NCBI GenBank assembly: GCA_963785305.1
Contig: CAWAUV010000005.1
Coordinates: 608,001 to 672,000, forward strand
DNA from: an uncultured Planctomycetaceae bacterium
GTDB lineage: Bacteria; Planctomycetota; Planctomycetia; Pirellulales; PALSA-1355
Direction: 5' to 3'
DNA: 64,000 nt
The stretch's first letter is position 1. Each line of letters opens with the position of its first letter. The translations under genes and the position numbers were made by a program. A model generated the notes under the pieces. The model was not told the origin of the DNA and did no database searches. It saw only the letters and a list, made by a program, of their open reading frames with translations. This document shows, in pieces, positions 41,758 to 53,091 of the stretch.

Positions 41758-42854
41758 TCAGGAGGCGTCGAGCTTGTACTTCGCGAGCCATTCCTTGAAT
41801 TCCGGCAAATGCAGGAACTGCGTTTTCTTGCCAAACATGTCCGCCTGGAGCGGGCTGGACTCGGGCACGACGACCTTGATTCCCGTGTCATACAGATCGC
41901 CATCGGGCTCGCCGGCCTTGGGGAACATGTCTTTGACCGTCGCGTCGTCTTTTTCGACCAGCGCCTTCATCAGCCGCACGCCAAGGTAGCCCATGTTGTA
42001 AGGGTCTTGCACGACCATCGCGTCGATCATGCCGTTGCCCATTTGCTCGATTGCCGACTTTTCGGCGTCGAACGTGAGAATCTTGATTTGGTCGCGTTTG
42101 CCGAGCTCGCGGACCACGTCGACGATCGCCGGGCCGTTGTACGAATAGATGCCGTTGAGCAATTTGACGTTTGGAAAGTTGCGGAGCGTGTGCCGCACAT
42201 TTTCCTGGGCCTTCGAGCGATCGAATTCGTCGCCCATGCGGTCGAGCTCCTTGAATGTGTCGCCGGCGGTTTCTTGAAAGCCGTTCATGCGATCCATCGC
42301 GTTTTGGGCGCCGGTGCGGCCGACGAAATCGGCGAACTCGCCGCCCTCGGGCAGTAGCGCCTTGGCGGCGAGCCCCAATTCATGGCCGGCGGCGAGATTG
42401 TCGGTGCCGATATAGAACTCGCGGGCATCGCGATACATTTGACGATTGATGTCATTGTCGAGCGCGATCACATGCACGCCCTTTTGCCGCAGGGTGCGCA
42501 TCTCATCGGCGATCGCGGCGTTGGTCGCGTCGACGGCCGACACCGCCACGGCCGCGATATCCGACTGGCTGGCGAATTGGCGAAGCTTATCGATTTGCCC
42601 GGCCGTGGTGGCGTCGTTGCTTTCCATGACCACGCTTAGCTTGGCGTCGGCAAGCTTGAAATCTTCGGCGGCTTTTTCCATGCCGAAGCGGGCCGCGCCC
42701 CAATAGGGCGAGTCGCCATTGATGAGAATCACGAGCCGGCGCTCGCTCTTGTCGGTTCGGCCCGACTGACTGCTGTCGCAGCCCAACGTTGCCAGGGCCG
42801 CCAGCGTGACACAAATACCAGACCATCGGACATTCGCCGCGAGCGAAGCAAACA
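41758..42854 (-). CDS. Sugar ABC substrate-binding lipoprotein (RbsB-like)
   Basis: Lipobox TLGC, SPYW, YIGTDN..AG, R..GF, Q.PY.MGY. Confidence 0.92.
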
Positions 42855-43093
42855 TGGGGGCCGCCTGTTTCAATGGGATCGTCGAGAATCGAAAGAATGG
42901 CAACGAAATGCGGGCGCCAAACACCCGCGATTAGCAGCGGCGGTGCCGCGCACCGAGGCGCGGCAGCGCCGCCGCGCCCTCGATGCTTGGGAGAACGGGC
43001 GAAAAGGCGTAGTTCGCGTTGATCGCTCAGAGAGAATTGCTCGAGCCACGCTCTCTGAAACAAGACAACGCCACAATCTTTTCACGGTCTCGG

Positions 43094-43270
43094 TTACTTG
43101 TTGGTGGCGTTGGCCGACGCCGGGCCGGGCTTCACCTTCTTTTTGCCCGCATCCTTCAGGTCCTTCGCGTCTTTCTGCGGAACCGGAGGCGGCTCGCCAC
43201 AACCCAAGATCGGGGCCGTGACAATCGCGATCGAGAGGCAAAACTTAAACAATTTCATGCGGTTCTTCAT
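43094..43270 (-). CDS. Small Lys-rich lipoprotein
   Basis: MKNRMKLFKFCLSIAIVTAPILG-C lipobox, with a GGA/AAGGA-type RBS upstream. Confidence 0.55.
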   Translation of the reverse strand: MKNRMKLFKFCLSIAIVTAPILGCGEPPPVPQKDAKDLKDAGKKKVKPGPASANATNK

Positions 43271-43763
43271 CAATGCGTCCTTCGAGGGGAGGGATCGCCT
43301 CGCCGGCGGCGCCGGTTCGCGCGGGCAGTCGGCAGCGGCGCTGCCGGCTTTGCCAGCGATTGCCGTGGCGATGGTTCGAGGCTCTAACGAATCTAGGATT
43401 CTAAATTCACCCCCGCCGGCTCGCAAGTCGCTAAAATCGACGATCGTTATAGAAACGTCGTGTTCGCATGCAAAGACTCCCGGGAGCTTTAACGTCTGGG
43501 AATTTTGTGCGGCCCGTGAATCGGTCACCCAACCCGCGGAATGCGAACCGAGCCCGCGCCATTCGGAGGCGAGACTACGTTCGCGCGCAATAGATTTATC
43601 CCTCGCGGGCATGGCGACCGATTTTCGTGAAAGAATCGCTCGCGGCCGCGCGATCGGCGCCCGGTGGTTTTTGGGCGCCGCGAACCCGTTCGACGACCGT
43701 CACGGTTCGATATGCCCCGCCTTTCGCCTTCCCCTTCGAATCCCTCCGCATCAGGTTTTTGCC

Positions 43764-44680
43764 ATGTCGCAAGCCCTCGACTCCGAACGCGTGCTCCGCG
43801 CAATTTCCGCTCGCCCGGCCCGCTGTCAGCCGCGACAAGAGCTATGCGGCTGGCGCTGCGAACGCCTGTTGGGCGAGGGCGCGCTGACTCGGGTCTACGC
43901 CGCCCAGGCGCCCGACGGAATTGCTGGCCAGCCGGCGCCCTACGCGCTCAAATTGCTCCGCGACCCGTGGATGGGCGACACGCGTGCAATGGCTGTCTTG
44001 CGCCGCGAAGCTTGGATCGGCGAGCATGTGAGTCATCCGCATTTGGCCCCAACCCTCGCCGCGCGGACGGTCGACTCGCCGGCGTTTCTGGTGCAACCGC
44101 TCCTCCGCGGCCGCTCCCTTGCCTCGTTGCTGGCGGCCGGCCAAGCGCCACCGCTGCCGCTCGCCCTCTGGATTGCCCGGCAAGCGGCCGAAGCGCTCGC
44201 CGCGCTCGACGACGCCGGCTGGATGCACGCCGATATCAAGCCCTCGAGCCTGTTCATCTCGCCCGAATCGCATCTGACTCTGCTCGATCTCGGCGCCGCG
44301 CAAAAGTCGGGTGAACCTGCCCGCCTGGGCGAACGCCCGGTGCTCGGGCCAACTCGCTACATGGCGCCGGAAATGTTCAGCGCCACGGCCCGGGTCGACA
44401 TTCGGGTCGACATTTACAGCCTGGGCGCGGTGCTGATGGAAACCCTCGTGGGCCAAGCCTCGCAAGACGAATTTGGCCGGCAGAAACTTGCGCGCACGCC
44501 CGAGTGCTCACGCCGGCGAGTTTGAGAAGCTATGTTCCCACGGCGCCCTCGCGGCTCGCGCGCCTGATCGGGCAAATGATGGCCAGCGACCCTCTGCGCC
44601 GTCCTCGCGACCCGAGAGAGCTCATCGACCGCCTCGCATCGCTGGAAATCGAGACTTTCGCCGACCACTTGCGCGGATAG
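43764..44680 (+). CDS. Ser/Thr protein kinase (indel ~44500)
   Basis: LGEG...VY, ALK, HADIKPS, LLDLG, YMAPE, DIYSLG; the shifted frame gives MASDPLRRP...RG*. Confidence 0.88.
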
Positions 44681-45021
44681 CGGAGCGCTATCGCGATTCC
44701 GGGGCTCCGCGATGTCGCGATGGCGCCTCGCGGTTCGCCGGCCCATGTCGCGAAAACACCACGCGGCGCCGGTCGCGGCGCATTCCAGGCTCGCCGCGAC
44801 GGCTCTCGATTTCAGCTCGCACAAAGTCAAGCGGCGCTAGTCTTTCGATCGACTCTGCCAGGCCCGCGACAGGCTTTCTTTTCTCGCTCTCGGGCCGGTC
44901 TGGCGCCGGAGATGCATTCTCCTTCGAGCCTCGCTGTCGTTGGCCTCGTGGCGGAAGAGCCGTTTCCTCTTCCGGCTCTTCCGCCGCCAACGGCAAATCA
45001 AATTCTCGGGGAAGTCACGCT

Positions 45022-45897
45022 ATGAACGGTCGTGATCTCGTGGAACTGGCCGGCATGGCCGCCACGCATTCGCCGGTGCTCTTGCTCTCCGGCGGCCAAA
45101 TCTCGGTCACGGCGCTCGAACAATATTGGACCAGTTCGAAATGCCGCCAAGATCGCTGGTCGCGATCGCTGCGCGAATTCCAAAATTCAGCCGACCCCGC
45201 CGATCCGGCCGGCGCCTCCAATTGGTCCTCGCTTTGCCCGGTGCTGGAGGAAATCATTCTCAGCGAACTGCTCACGAGAGTGTGGACCGCCGTCCTGAGT
45301 GGCTACGATCGCCAGCGCGGGGCTCGCGACGCCGAGCCGATCGTGCGCAGCGTGTTGCTCGGGCATCTCGAGTCTCGTCATCGCACGCTCGCCCTACTCG
45401 TGGCCGGTCGCGGCATTCCCACGGAAGAAGCGGTGCGACTCAACCGGCTGCGGCATCGTGTCGAGCGCTGGACCGACATGTTGCTCGGGCGCCTCGATCC
45501 GCTTTGCGATGTGCGCGACTTCACATTCGATCCCGAGCGCGCCGAGGATTTTGCCCGCGGCGTGCGTGGCGGTCGTGGCGGGGCCCCAGGTGGCAATCTG
45601 ATCTGGAACCTCACGCTCGCTTCGCTGCATAGCGCCTTTCGCGATCTTGTGCCCCGCACGTCGAACACCGATCTCAATGCGCGTATTGGTCAGAGCGTGT
45701 TGGCGTCGTTTCCGCGGGAAATGTTCGATGGCGTGGGGCTGGCCCGAACCGTTTGGCAGACGCGTCTATCGAATGGCGCCGCCGATGCGCAAGGCCTGGT
45801 CGACATGTTACTCTCGCCCGATGAACCGCGGGGTCGCGCTTCGCTCGAAGCCGAATCGCGTTGGCCTCGCGACTTCAAGATGCGTTTTCCGCGCTGA
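45022..45897 (+). CDS. Hypothetical protein
   Basis: 291-codon ORF, MNGRDLVELAG...EEI.LSELLTRVW...ERWTDMLL. Confidence 0.7.
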   Translation: MNGRDLVELAGMAATHSPVLLLSGGQISVTALEQYWTSSKCRQDRWSRSLREFQNSADPADPAGASNWSSLCPVLEEIILSELLTRVWTAVLSGYDRQRGARDAEPIVRSVLLGHLESRHRTLALLVAGRGIPTEEAVRLNRLRHRVERWTDMLLGRLDPLCDVRDFTFDPERAEDFARGVRGGRGGAPGGNLIWNLTLASLHSAFRDLVPRTSNTDLNARIGQSVLASFPREMFDGVGLARTVWQTRLSNGAADAQGLVDMLLSPDEPRGRASLEAESRWPRDFKMRFPR

Positions 45898-46847
45898 TGC
45901 CCGGCCCCTCGGCCATGTCGCGCGTGGTAGCTCGAGCGCACGAAGGGCCCGCTCGCCACTTGGGCAAACCCCATTTGCCGCGCGGCCGCGCCCAGAGCGT
46001 CGAACTCCTCGGGCGGCAGATATCGCACCACTGGCAAATGCTCGGGCGTGGGCCGCAGATATTGGCCCAGAGTGAGAAAATCGCAGCCCACGTCGCGCAG
46101 ATCGGCCAGAGTGTCGAGCACTTCCTCGCGCGTCTCGCCCAGGCCCAGCATCAGACCGCTCTTGGTGCGAATGCGCGGATCGAGTTGCTTGACGCGACCG
46201 AGCAATTCGAGCGTCCAGCGATACACGCTCTTCCGCCCGCGCACCTGTCGGTACAGCCGGGGCACGGTTTCGGTGTTGTGATTAAACACCTCGGGCGCCG
46301 CGGCGGCGACGCGCTCGATGGCGCCCGGCTTGCCGATGAAATCGGGAGTGAGCACTTCGACCGCCGCGCCGGTGCGCTGGCGCACCGCGAGCACGGTGCG
46401 ATAAAAATGCTCGGCGCCGCCGTCGGCCAGGTCGTCGCGAGTGACGCTCGTGATGACGACATACTTGAGCCCCAAGCGGTGCGCCGCCTCGGCCACGCGC
46501 TCGGGCTCGTCGAGCTCGATCGCCGTGGTTTTGCCCTTGGGCACCGAACAAAAGCCGCAAGGCCGGGTGCAGACATTGCCCATGATCATGAGCGTGGCTG
46601 TTTTTTGCGACCAGCACTCCATGCGATTGGGGCACTTCGCGCTTTCGCACACGGTCTCCAGGCCCAGCTCCTCGATCAAGTGGGACGTAAACTGAAGGCC
46701 GCCGCCCAGGGGCATTTGGCGCTTCAGCCAGCGCGGCAGCCGCACGGTGTCTTCGGCCGATGCCGTCGTTGGCTTCGCGGGGCTCGCCGAGCCGGGGCCA
46801 TGCGTGGCGCGGCTGGACGGGGAAATCACGGGCAGTTCAAACGGCAC
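45875..46847 (-). CDS. lipA: Lipoyl synthase (indel near C-term)
   Basis: TVCESAKCPNRMECW, CTRPCGFC, TSVTRDDL.DGGA, TLGQYLRP, VRSSYHA. Confidence 0.97.
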
Positions 46848-47116
46848 GTCGTCGTCCTTTTGGGTCGCAAGGAAGCTTTCACGGGCGGCGGGGGCAACGC
46901 CCCGCGGCCGATATCGTTATCATAGCGAACGGCGCGCGATTTCGCAGCCGCCCCGCGCGGAGCGGCCGATTCGGCCGTTTTTTCAGAACAAGCGGGATAC
47001 CGCGATAGCCAGACACTCGCGGATGTGTAGAATAATCCGCTCGAATACGGTCGATGACGCCACGCGAGCGCGTCGGGCGACGCGTGCCACGATTCATCAT
47101 TCGCGCTCCGGTTCTC

Positions 47117-47632
47117 TTGCAAATCAGGAAGTCCGCCACGGCCAAGCCAGCGAAGAAAAAAGCGACGCCCGAACGCCAGCGAGACAACGAGCAGTTGATC
47201 GCGGAGAATCGCCGCGCGCGCCATGAATACGAAGTGCTCGACACGCTCGAATGCGGCATCGTGCTCGTGGGCAGCGAGGTCAAAAGCCTGCGCCGCGGGC
47301 ATCTCACGCTCGACGACGCCTATGGCCGCATGAAGGAAGGCGAAGTCTGGCTCGTCGGCTGCGACATTCCCGAATATGTCGAGGCCAACAAGCTCAACCA
47401 TGTGCCCAAGCGGCCGCGCAAGCTGCTAATGCACCACCGCGAGATCAAGCGCTTCGCCTCCCGGGCCTATGAAAAAGGCCTGACACTGGTGGCGCTGAAA
47501 ATGTATTTCACCGAGGGGCGGGCCAAGGTGCTGATGGGAATCTGCAAAGGCCGCAAGCTGCACGACAAACGCGAAGTGCTGAAAAGCAAAGCCATGAAAC
47601 GCGACATGGACCGCGCCCTAAAGCGCCGCTAG
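47117..47632 (+). CDS. smpB: SsrA-binding protein
   Basis: NRRARHEY, GIVLVGSEVKSLR, RKLLMH, KGRKLHDKRE. Start uncertain. Confidence 0.97.
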   Translation: MQIRKSATAKPAKKKATPERQRDNEQLIAENRRARHEYEVLDTLECGIVLVGSEVKSLRRGHLTLDDAYGRMKEGEVWLVGCDIPEYVEANKLNHVPKRPRKLLMHHREIKRFASRAYEKGLTLVALKMYFTEGRAKVLMGICKGRKLHDKREVLKSKAMKRDMDRALKRR

Positions 47633-47973
47633 CGGCCGCCCGGGGGGAGCCGGAGAGCCGGAATGGGCAGCGCGGCGGATTCCTCGGCAAGCGAACGCCG
47701 GGTCGATTCCAAAAATTTCCAAGACTACCTCGACGAACCAAGCCCGTTCGGCCCGCGTATTGCCAGCGGCGCCTTTTTCGCGCTTCGCCAGCGGCTGGCG
47801 CCATGTCATCGCCGGATCAAGCTTGTCGTCAAACTACAATTCATTAGGATTATCTAGCATCGCGGCCAGCAAAATGCCTGGAAACTGAAAGCCGGAAAAG
47901 CGGACACTGTAAACGAAAAAACAATCCGCGCGGGATGGCGATTCCGGTTTAGAGCCTATCCGACAGCTCACGG

Positions 47974-48016
47974 CTCCTCCCCCCTTCTCCCCGCCGGGGA
48001 GAGGGTAGGGCAAGGG
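47974..48016. repeat. Intergenic CCC.TCTCCCC/GGGGAGAGGG hairpin (REP-like)
   Basis: CCCTTCTCCCC-gcc-GGGGAGAGGG inverted repeat. Confidence 0.45.
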
Positions 48017-48063
48017 CTCGCGGAAGTTCTCGGATAGGCGCCTAGGAGGAAACAACCACAATC

Positions 48064-48735
48064 ATGCTCCGCCTTGCCGATCTTCAAAAAGCCTTCCGCG
48101 AGCCCGATGGGTCGCGCCTGCCGATTCTCGACATCAAGCAGTTTCATGTCGCCCCGGGCGAACAAGTGGTGTTGATGGGCCGTAGCGGCTCGGGCAAAAC
48201 CACGCTGCTGCATGTAATCGCCGGAATCGCCCGGCCCGACTACGGCCAGGTCGAAATTCGCGGGGTCGATATCACCCGGCTGCCCGAATCGGGCTGCGAT
48301 CGGTTTCGGGCCGACAATATCGGCTATGTGTTTCAGACCTTCAACTTGCTGGCGGGCTTTTCGGCCCTGGAAAATGTGGTCTTGGCGATGTCGTTTGGCG
48401 GCGGGAAGGCCGACATGGGGCGAGCCCGACAGCTGCTCGAACGCGTCGGCCTCACGCAACGTCTTTCGCATAAGCCGGCGATGCTTTCGGTGGGCGAACA
48501 GCAACGCGTGGCCGTGGCGCGGGCCCTGGCCAATCGGCCCAAGTTGCTGCTCGCCGACGAGCCCACGGCCAATCTCGACGCCAGCCACCAGCAGTCGATC
48601 GTCGATCTGGTGCGCGAGACCTGCCGCGAGGAAAACATCTCGCTGCTCCTGGTCACGCACGCGCCGGAAGTAGCCGGCCAGTTCGAGCGGGTCGAACATC
48701 TCGATCGATTCAACCAAGCAGTGAGCGTGGCATGA
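48064..48735 (+). CDS. ABC transporter ATP-binding protein (LolD/MacB-like)
   Basis: GRSGSGKTT, LSVGEQQRVAVARAL, LLADEPT, VTH. Confidence 0.95.
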   Translation: MLRLADLQKAFREPDGSRLPILDIKQFHVAPGEQVVLMGRSGSGKTTLLHVIAGIARPDYGQVEIRGVDITRLPESGCDRFRADNIGYVFQTFNLLAGFSALENVVLAMSFGGGKADMGRARQLLERVGLTQRLSHKPAMLSVGEQQRVAVARALANRPKLLLADEPTANLDASHQQSIVDLVRETCREENISLLLVTHAPEVAGQFERVEHLDRFNQAVSVA

Positions 48736-50211
48736 GCCTTTGGAAAATCGCGTGGCGTAGCATGCGGCAGCGGTCTCTCGCCTCCGTGCTCACGGGGCTC
48801 TCGATGGCGCTCGCCGTGACGCTGGTGGTGTCGGTGCTCGTGCTGCAGGGCGTGATGAACGCCTCGTTCTTGCGCGCCAAGAGTTTCGGCTACAACCGCA
48901 TCGTGGGCGCCAAGGGCAGCAAAGTGCAGCTCGTGCTCAATACGGTCTATTACCTCAGCTCGCCGGTCGAAAACCTGCCCTATTCCTACTACAAGGAATT
49001 CACCCAGGGTAAATACAAACGCTACACCGATCTGGCGGTTCCAGTATGCCTGGGCGATGTGTATCGCGACTTTCGCATTGTCGGAACCACGCCCGACATG
49101 TTCGACAAACTCGACTACGCCGACGGCAAGAAATACACCTTTGCCGCGGGCCGCAATTTCACGGCCGACGGATTCTTCGAGGGCGTGATCGGCTCGCGCG
49201 TGGCTCGCGAGACCGGGCTCACCGTGGGCAGCGAGTTTCAACCCTCGCACGGCGCCGACAACCATAAACACGACGAAGCCTTCAAAGTGGTCGGCGTGCT
49301 CGACGAAACCGACACGCCGATCGATCGAGCGCTGTTTATCAATATCGAAGGCTTTTACCTGCTGGATAACCATGCCCTGCCCGATAAGCCGCTGCTGGCC
49401 ATGGCCGGCGACCACGCAAAACCCGCGGCGACGCACGAGGAGCATGAGCACGAAGCGGCGCATGAAAAGGAACACGCGCATGAAGCCGCGAACGAAAAAC
49501 ACTCCGAGCACGATGAACATGAACACTCCCAGGGCATGCCCGAGGAACATGAGCACGAACATGCCGAGCACGACGAGCATGGCCACGACGAACATGAGCA
49601 TCATCACGACCATGCGCACGGCGGCACATTCTCACCAGCCGCTGCCCGAGTCGCAGCGGGAAGTCACGGCGATTTTGCTGCTCACGGCCGCCCCGCGCGA
49701 CCTGACGGTGATGAGCATCGAAAAGTCGATCAATAAAGGGGCCATTGGGCAGATTGTCTCGCCGATCGGCGAGATCACGAAGCTGTTCGATGTGTTCGTC
49801 GGCCCGATCGAAATGCTGCTGCTGGTGCTCACGGTGCTGATCGTGGTCGTGTCGTCGATCGGCATTTTGGTCAGTATTTACAATTCGATGAGCGAGCGCC
49901 GGCGCGAGATCGCGGTGATGCGAGCCCTGGGCGCGGGCCGCGGCACGGTGATGTTGATTGTGCTCTTCGAATCGATTTTGCTGTCGCTCGGCGGCGGACT
50001 TGTCGGATGGGTGCTAGGGCACCTGCTCGTGGGAGGGCTCGGACCCTGGCTCTCCAGCGAAACCGGTGTTCAAATCACGGTTTTCCGCTTCGCGGCCCAG
50101 GAATTGGTTATAATACCAGGGTTGATCGTGCTCGCGACCGCGGCGGGATATTTGCCCGCGCTCGTGGCCTATCGCACCGATGTGAGCCGGGCCCTGAGCG
50201 CGTCGCCCTGA
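48732..50211 (+). CDS. FtsX/MacB-type ABC permease with His/Glu-rich insert (indel ~49620)
   Basis: IAWRS..QR, VGAKGS..QLVLN, ERRREIAVMRALGA; HEEHEHE... tract. Confidence 0.9.
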
Positions 50212-50305
50212 ACCTGAGTGGATTAGTCGAGCCCGAGTGGATTCATCGCGCGGTTCGGTCGCCTTGGAATTCGTGCGTTCATCGTCCCAGTGGCGGAGGC
50301 TTTCG

Positions 50306-51836
50306 ATGAGGTTGCGTGTCACGCGATTCGCATGTCTGCTGGCGCTCGTGGTCGGCGCTGCTCTCTCGGCCCAGCGATTTACGGCGGCCTGTCCCTTTTG
50401 CGGACAAGTGCAGCAAACGTTCTCCCAAGAAATCGCCGGCGCCGACGTGGCCGTGATCGCGAGGCTGGTCGAAAGCGCCGCGCAAGCCCTCGGGCTCGGC
50501 CCTCGGGGAGCCCGCGCCCAAGTGCAAGTTTGCGATTCTCGACACGCTCAAGGGCGAAAAAGCGCTCGCCGGCCGCAAGCAACTCGAGGTGATTTGCTTT
50601 GGCGATTATCTGGCCGGCGCCACCTTTCTCGTCACCGCCACCGATCCGGCCGACCTGAGTTGGGCCACCCCGAACCAAATGGACGAGCGCGGCTGCGAAT
50701 ACCTGAAAGCCACGATGAAACTGCCGGACGACGGGCCCGAGCGGCTGGCCTTCTTTCAGGATTATCTCGAAGACAAGAACGAAACCCTGGCCCGTGACGC
50801 GTTCGATGAATTTGCCCGGGCGCCTTATGGCGATGTCAAACAGCTCAAGAGCCGGATGCATCGCGACAAACTTCGCGAGTGGATCGCGAGTGGCGACGTG
50901 ACCCCGAGCCGTCGACGGCTCTATCTGACGATGCTCGGCGCCTGCGGCGATTCCGACGATGTGACGATGCTCGAGGGGCTGATCAACTCGCCGGAGCGGC
51001 AGAAGCGCATGGGGCTCGATGCGATCGTGGGCGCCTATCTCACGCTCAAGGGTCCCGAGGGCATGACACTCGTCGAGGATCGGTTTCTCAAGAATCCCGA
51101 CGCCGACTACACCGACACGCTCGCCGCGATCATGGCGGTGCGCATTCTAGGGCAAGAGGAAAGCGTGATCCCCAAGGATCGGCTGCTCACCGCGCTACGA
51201 ATCATGCTCGACCGGCCCCAACTGGCCGACACCGTCATTCCCGACTTGGCGCGGTGGCAAGATTGGTCGGTGGTCGATCGGCTGTACGAAATGTTCGTGA
51301 ATGCCGATCCAAACAGTTCCTGGATTCGGGTGCCCGTGATTAAATATTTCCAGGCCTGTCCGCTGCCGGCGGCCAAGGCGACATCTCGAGGAGTGCGCGA
51401 AGCTCGATCCGCAAGCGTTTCGGCAGGCCAAGTCGTTTATGTTGTCGGCGCCGGGCCCGGGAGCGACCAAAGCGCCCGCGGGCGATAAGCCCTCGCGCAA
51501 GACTCCGGCAGCCGATGCGAAAGCGCCGGCGGGCGACTCGAAGACCTCGGCGCCCAAGAGCGGGCAATCCTCCGCGGTCCCCCGGCCTCGCGCCAAACGG
51601 TTGCTTCGACGACGGTTTCAACAAGCGGCGCCGCGGCCGCCTCAAGTCAGCATCGATCCGGGGATAGGGTGGCGCTCGCCAGCAGCGTGGCGGCCATGGG
51701 GGTCACTCCGCTCGCGCCGGCGGCGATTGCCGAAGAGCCGGGTTGCGACTATTGCGTTTGGGAAATTCGCGGCGCGCTGGCCTTCGCGAGCCTCGCGCTG
51801 TTTGGCTCAATGCGGTGGTTGCTGAGCGGCGGTTGA
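50306..51836 (+). CDS. Secreted/membrane protein with N-terminal CPFC motif (indels)
   Basis: Signal-ACPFC; ERL.FF..YLE...LA.DA+.EFARA; DLARW.DW; C-terminal TM in the shifted frame. Confidence 0.7.
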
Positions 51837-51891
51837 TCGAACGAATCGCAACCTCCTCGGCGACCCGATTTTCCCTGGAGCACGAAAGGCA

Positions 51892-52632
51892 ATGAGCATC
51901 GACACGATCCGGCCCGAAACGGCCGACGCAACCCGACCCGACGAGATCCGCTCCCAAAGCGCCCCCGGCGGCGACTTTCCTCCCGATGAGCGCGACGCGG
52001 AATATTACCGTCAATACAAATCGCTTTCGGCGCTCTCGGTGGCGAGTGTCGTGTTTGGCGCGCTCTCGATGTTTTCCGGGTTTGACTGGACGTTTTTGCT
52101 TGCGCCGGCGCTCGGTCTCGTGTTTGGAATCGTGGCGCTCCGCAAAGTGCGCGCTCGGCCCGACGAACTGACCGGCGCCGGGCTCGCGCGAACCGGCATC
52201 GGGCTATCGCTTGTTTTCGGCGCCATTTCGGCCGGATACCTGACCTATTATCAACTGACCAAAGTGCCCTCCTGGGCCACTGAGATTTCCTACGAACAGC
52301 TCCAGCCCGATCCGGATCGCCCCAGCCAGCTATTTCCGCCCGAGGTTCAGTCGCTCAATGGCAAAAAGCTCTATATCGAAGGCTATGTGTTTCCCGGCAA
52401 GGAAATGGGCAACATTCGCGAGTTTATTCTCTGCCGCGATAAGGGAACCTGCTGCTTCGGCGGCAATCCCAAGCTTACGGATCGCATCGCGGTGCGGCTC
52501 ACGAATGGTTTGGCGATCGACTATTCGCAAAAACTGTTCGCCGTCGCCGGGCAATTTTATGTCCGCCCATCGGAAGCCAAGGAGCTCTCGGGCGGCGTGA
52601 TCTATCACCTCGACGCGGAGTTCGTGCGATGA
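51892..52632 (+). CDS. Membrane protein with DUF4190-like TM hairpin and DUF3299-like domain
   Basis: ELTG.GLA..GI; LNGK.+.I.GY+FP, F+L......CCFG. Confidence 0.75.
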   Translation: MSIDTIRPETADATRPDEIRSQSAPGGDFPPDERDAEYYRQYKSLSALSVASVVFGALSMFSGFDWTFLLAPALGLVFGIVALRKVRARPDELTGAGLARTGIGLSLVFGAISAGYLTYYQLTKVPSWATEISYEQLQPDPDRPSQLFPPEVQSLNGKKLYIEGYVFPGKEMGNIREFILCRDKGTCCFGGNPKLTDRIAVRLTNGLAIDYSQKLFAVAGQFYVRPSEAKELSGGVIYHLDAEFVR

Positions 52633-53090
52633 AGCGGCGATCGACCGTCGGCGTTGGGCTCTTGTCGCTTCTTGTCACGCTGGGCATGGGCCCGCCGCCG
52701 AGCCGGGCCGCCGACGGCGCGGCCAAGGATATCACGTTCAATGACATCAAGCTCGAATTGAAGAAAGACGATCCTTGGAATCCCGCCCTGCTGACGCCCG
52801 CGGTCAAGAAGCTCGATGGCAAGCAGGTGCGCATTCGCGGCTATATTTTTCCCACCTTCCAGCAAACCGGCCTCAAGCAATTCGTGCTAATGCGCGACAA
52901 CATGGAATGCTGCTTCGGCCCTGGCTCGGTGCTGCACGATCGAATCTTGGTCGATATGACCGGCGACGCCACGGCCGACTACACGGTGCGCCCCGTCACC
53001 ACCAGCGGCCGCTTCACGGTGCATGAGGAAAACGGGCCCGATGGCGAAACCCTGGCGATCTACCATCTCGATTGCAGCGGAGTGAAGTAA
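52629..53090 (+). CDS. DUF3299 domain protein
   Basis: LDGKQVRIRGYIFP, FVL.RDNMECCFG. Confidence 0.8.
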   Translation: MKRRSTVGVGLLSLLVTLGMGPPPSRAADGAAKDITFNDIKLELKKDDPWNPALLTPAVKKLDGKQVRIRGYIFPTFQQTGLKQFVLMRDNMECCFGPGSVLHDRILVDMTGDATADYTVRPVTTSGRFTVHEENGPDGETLAIYHLDCSGVK

Positions 53091-53091
53091 T

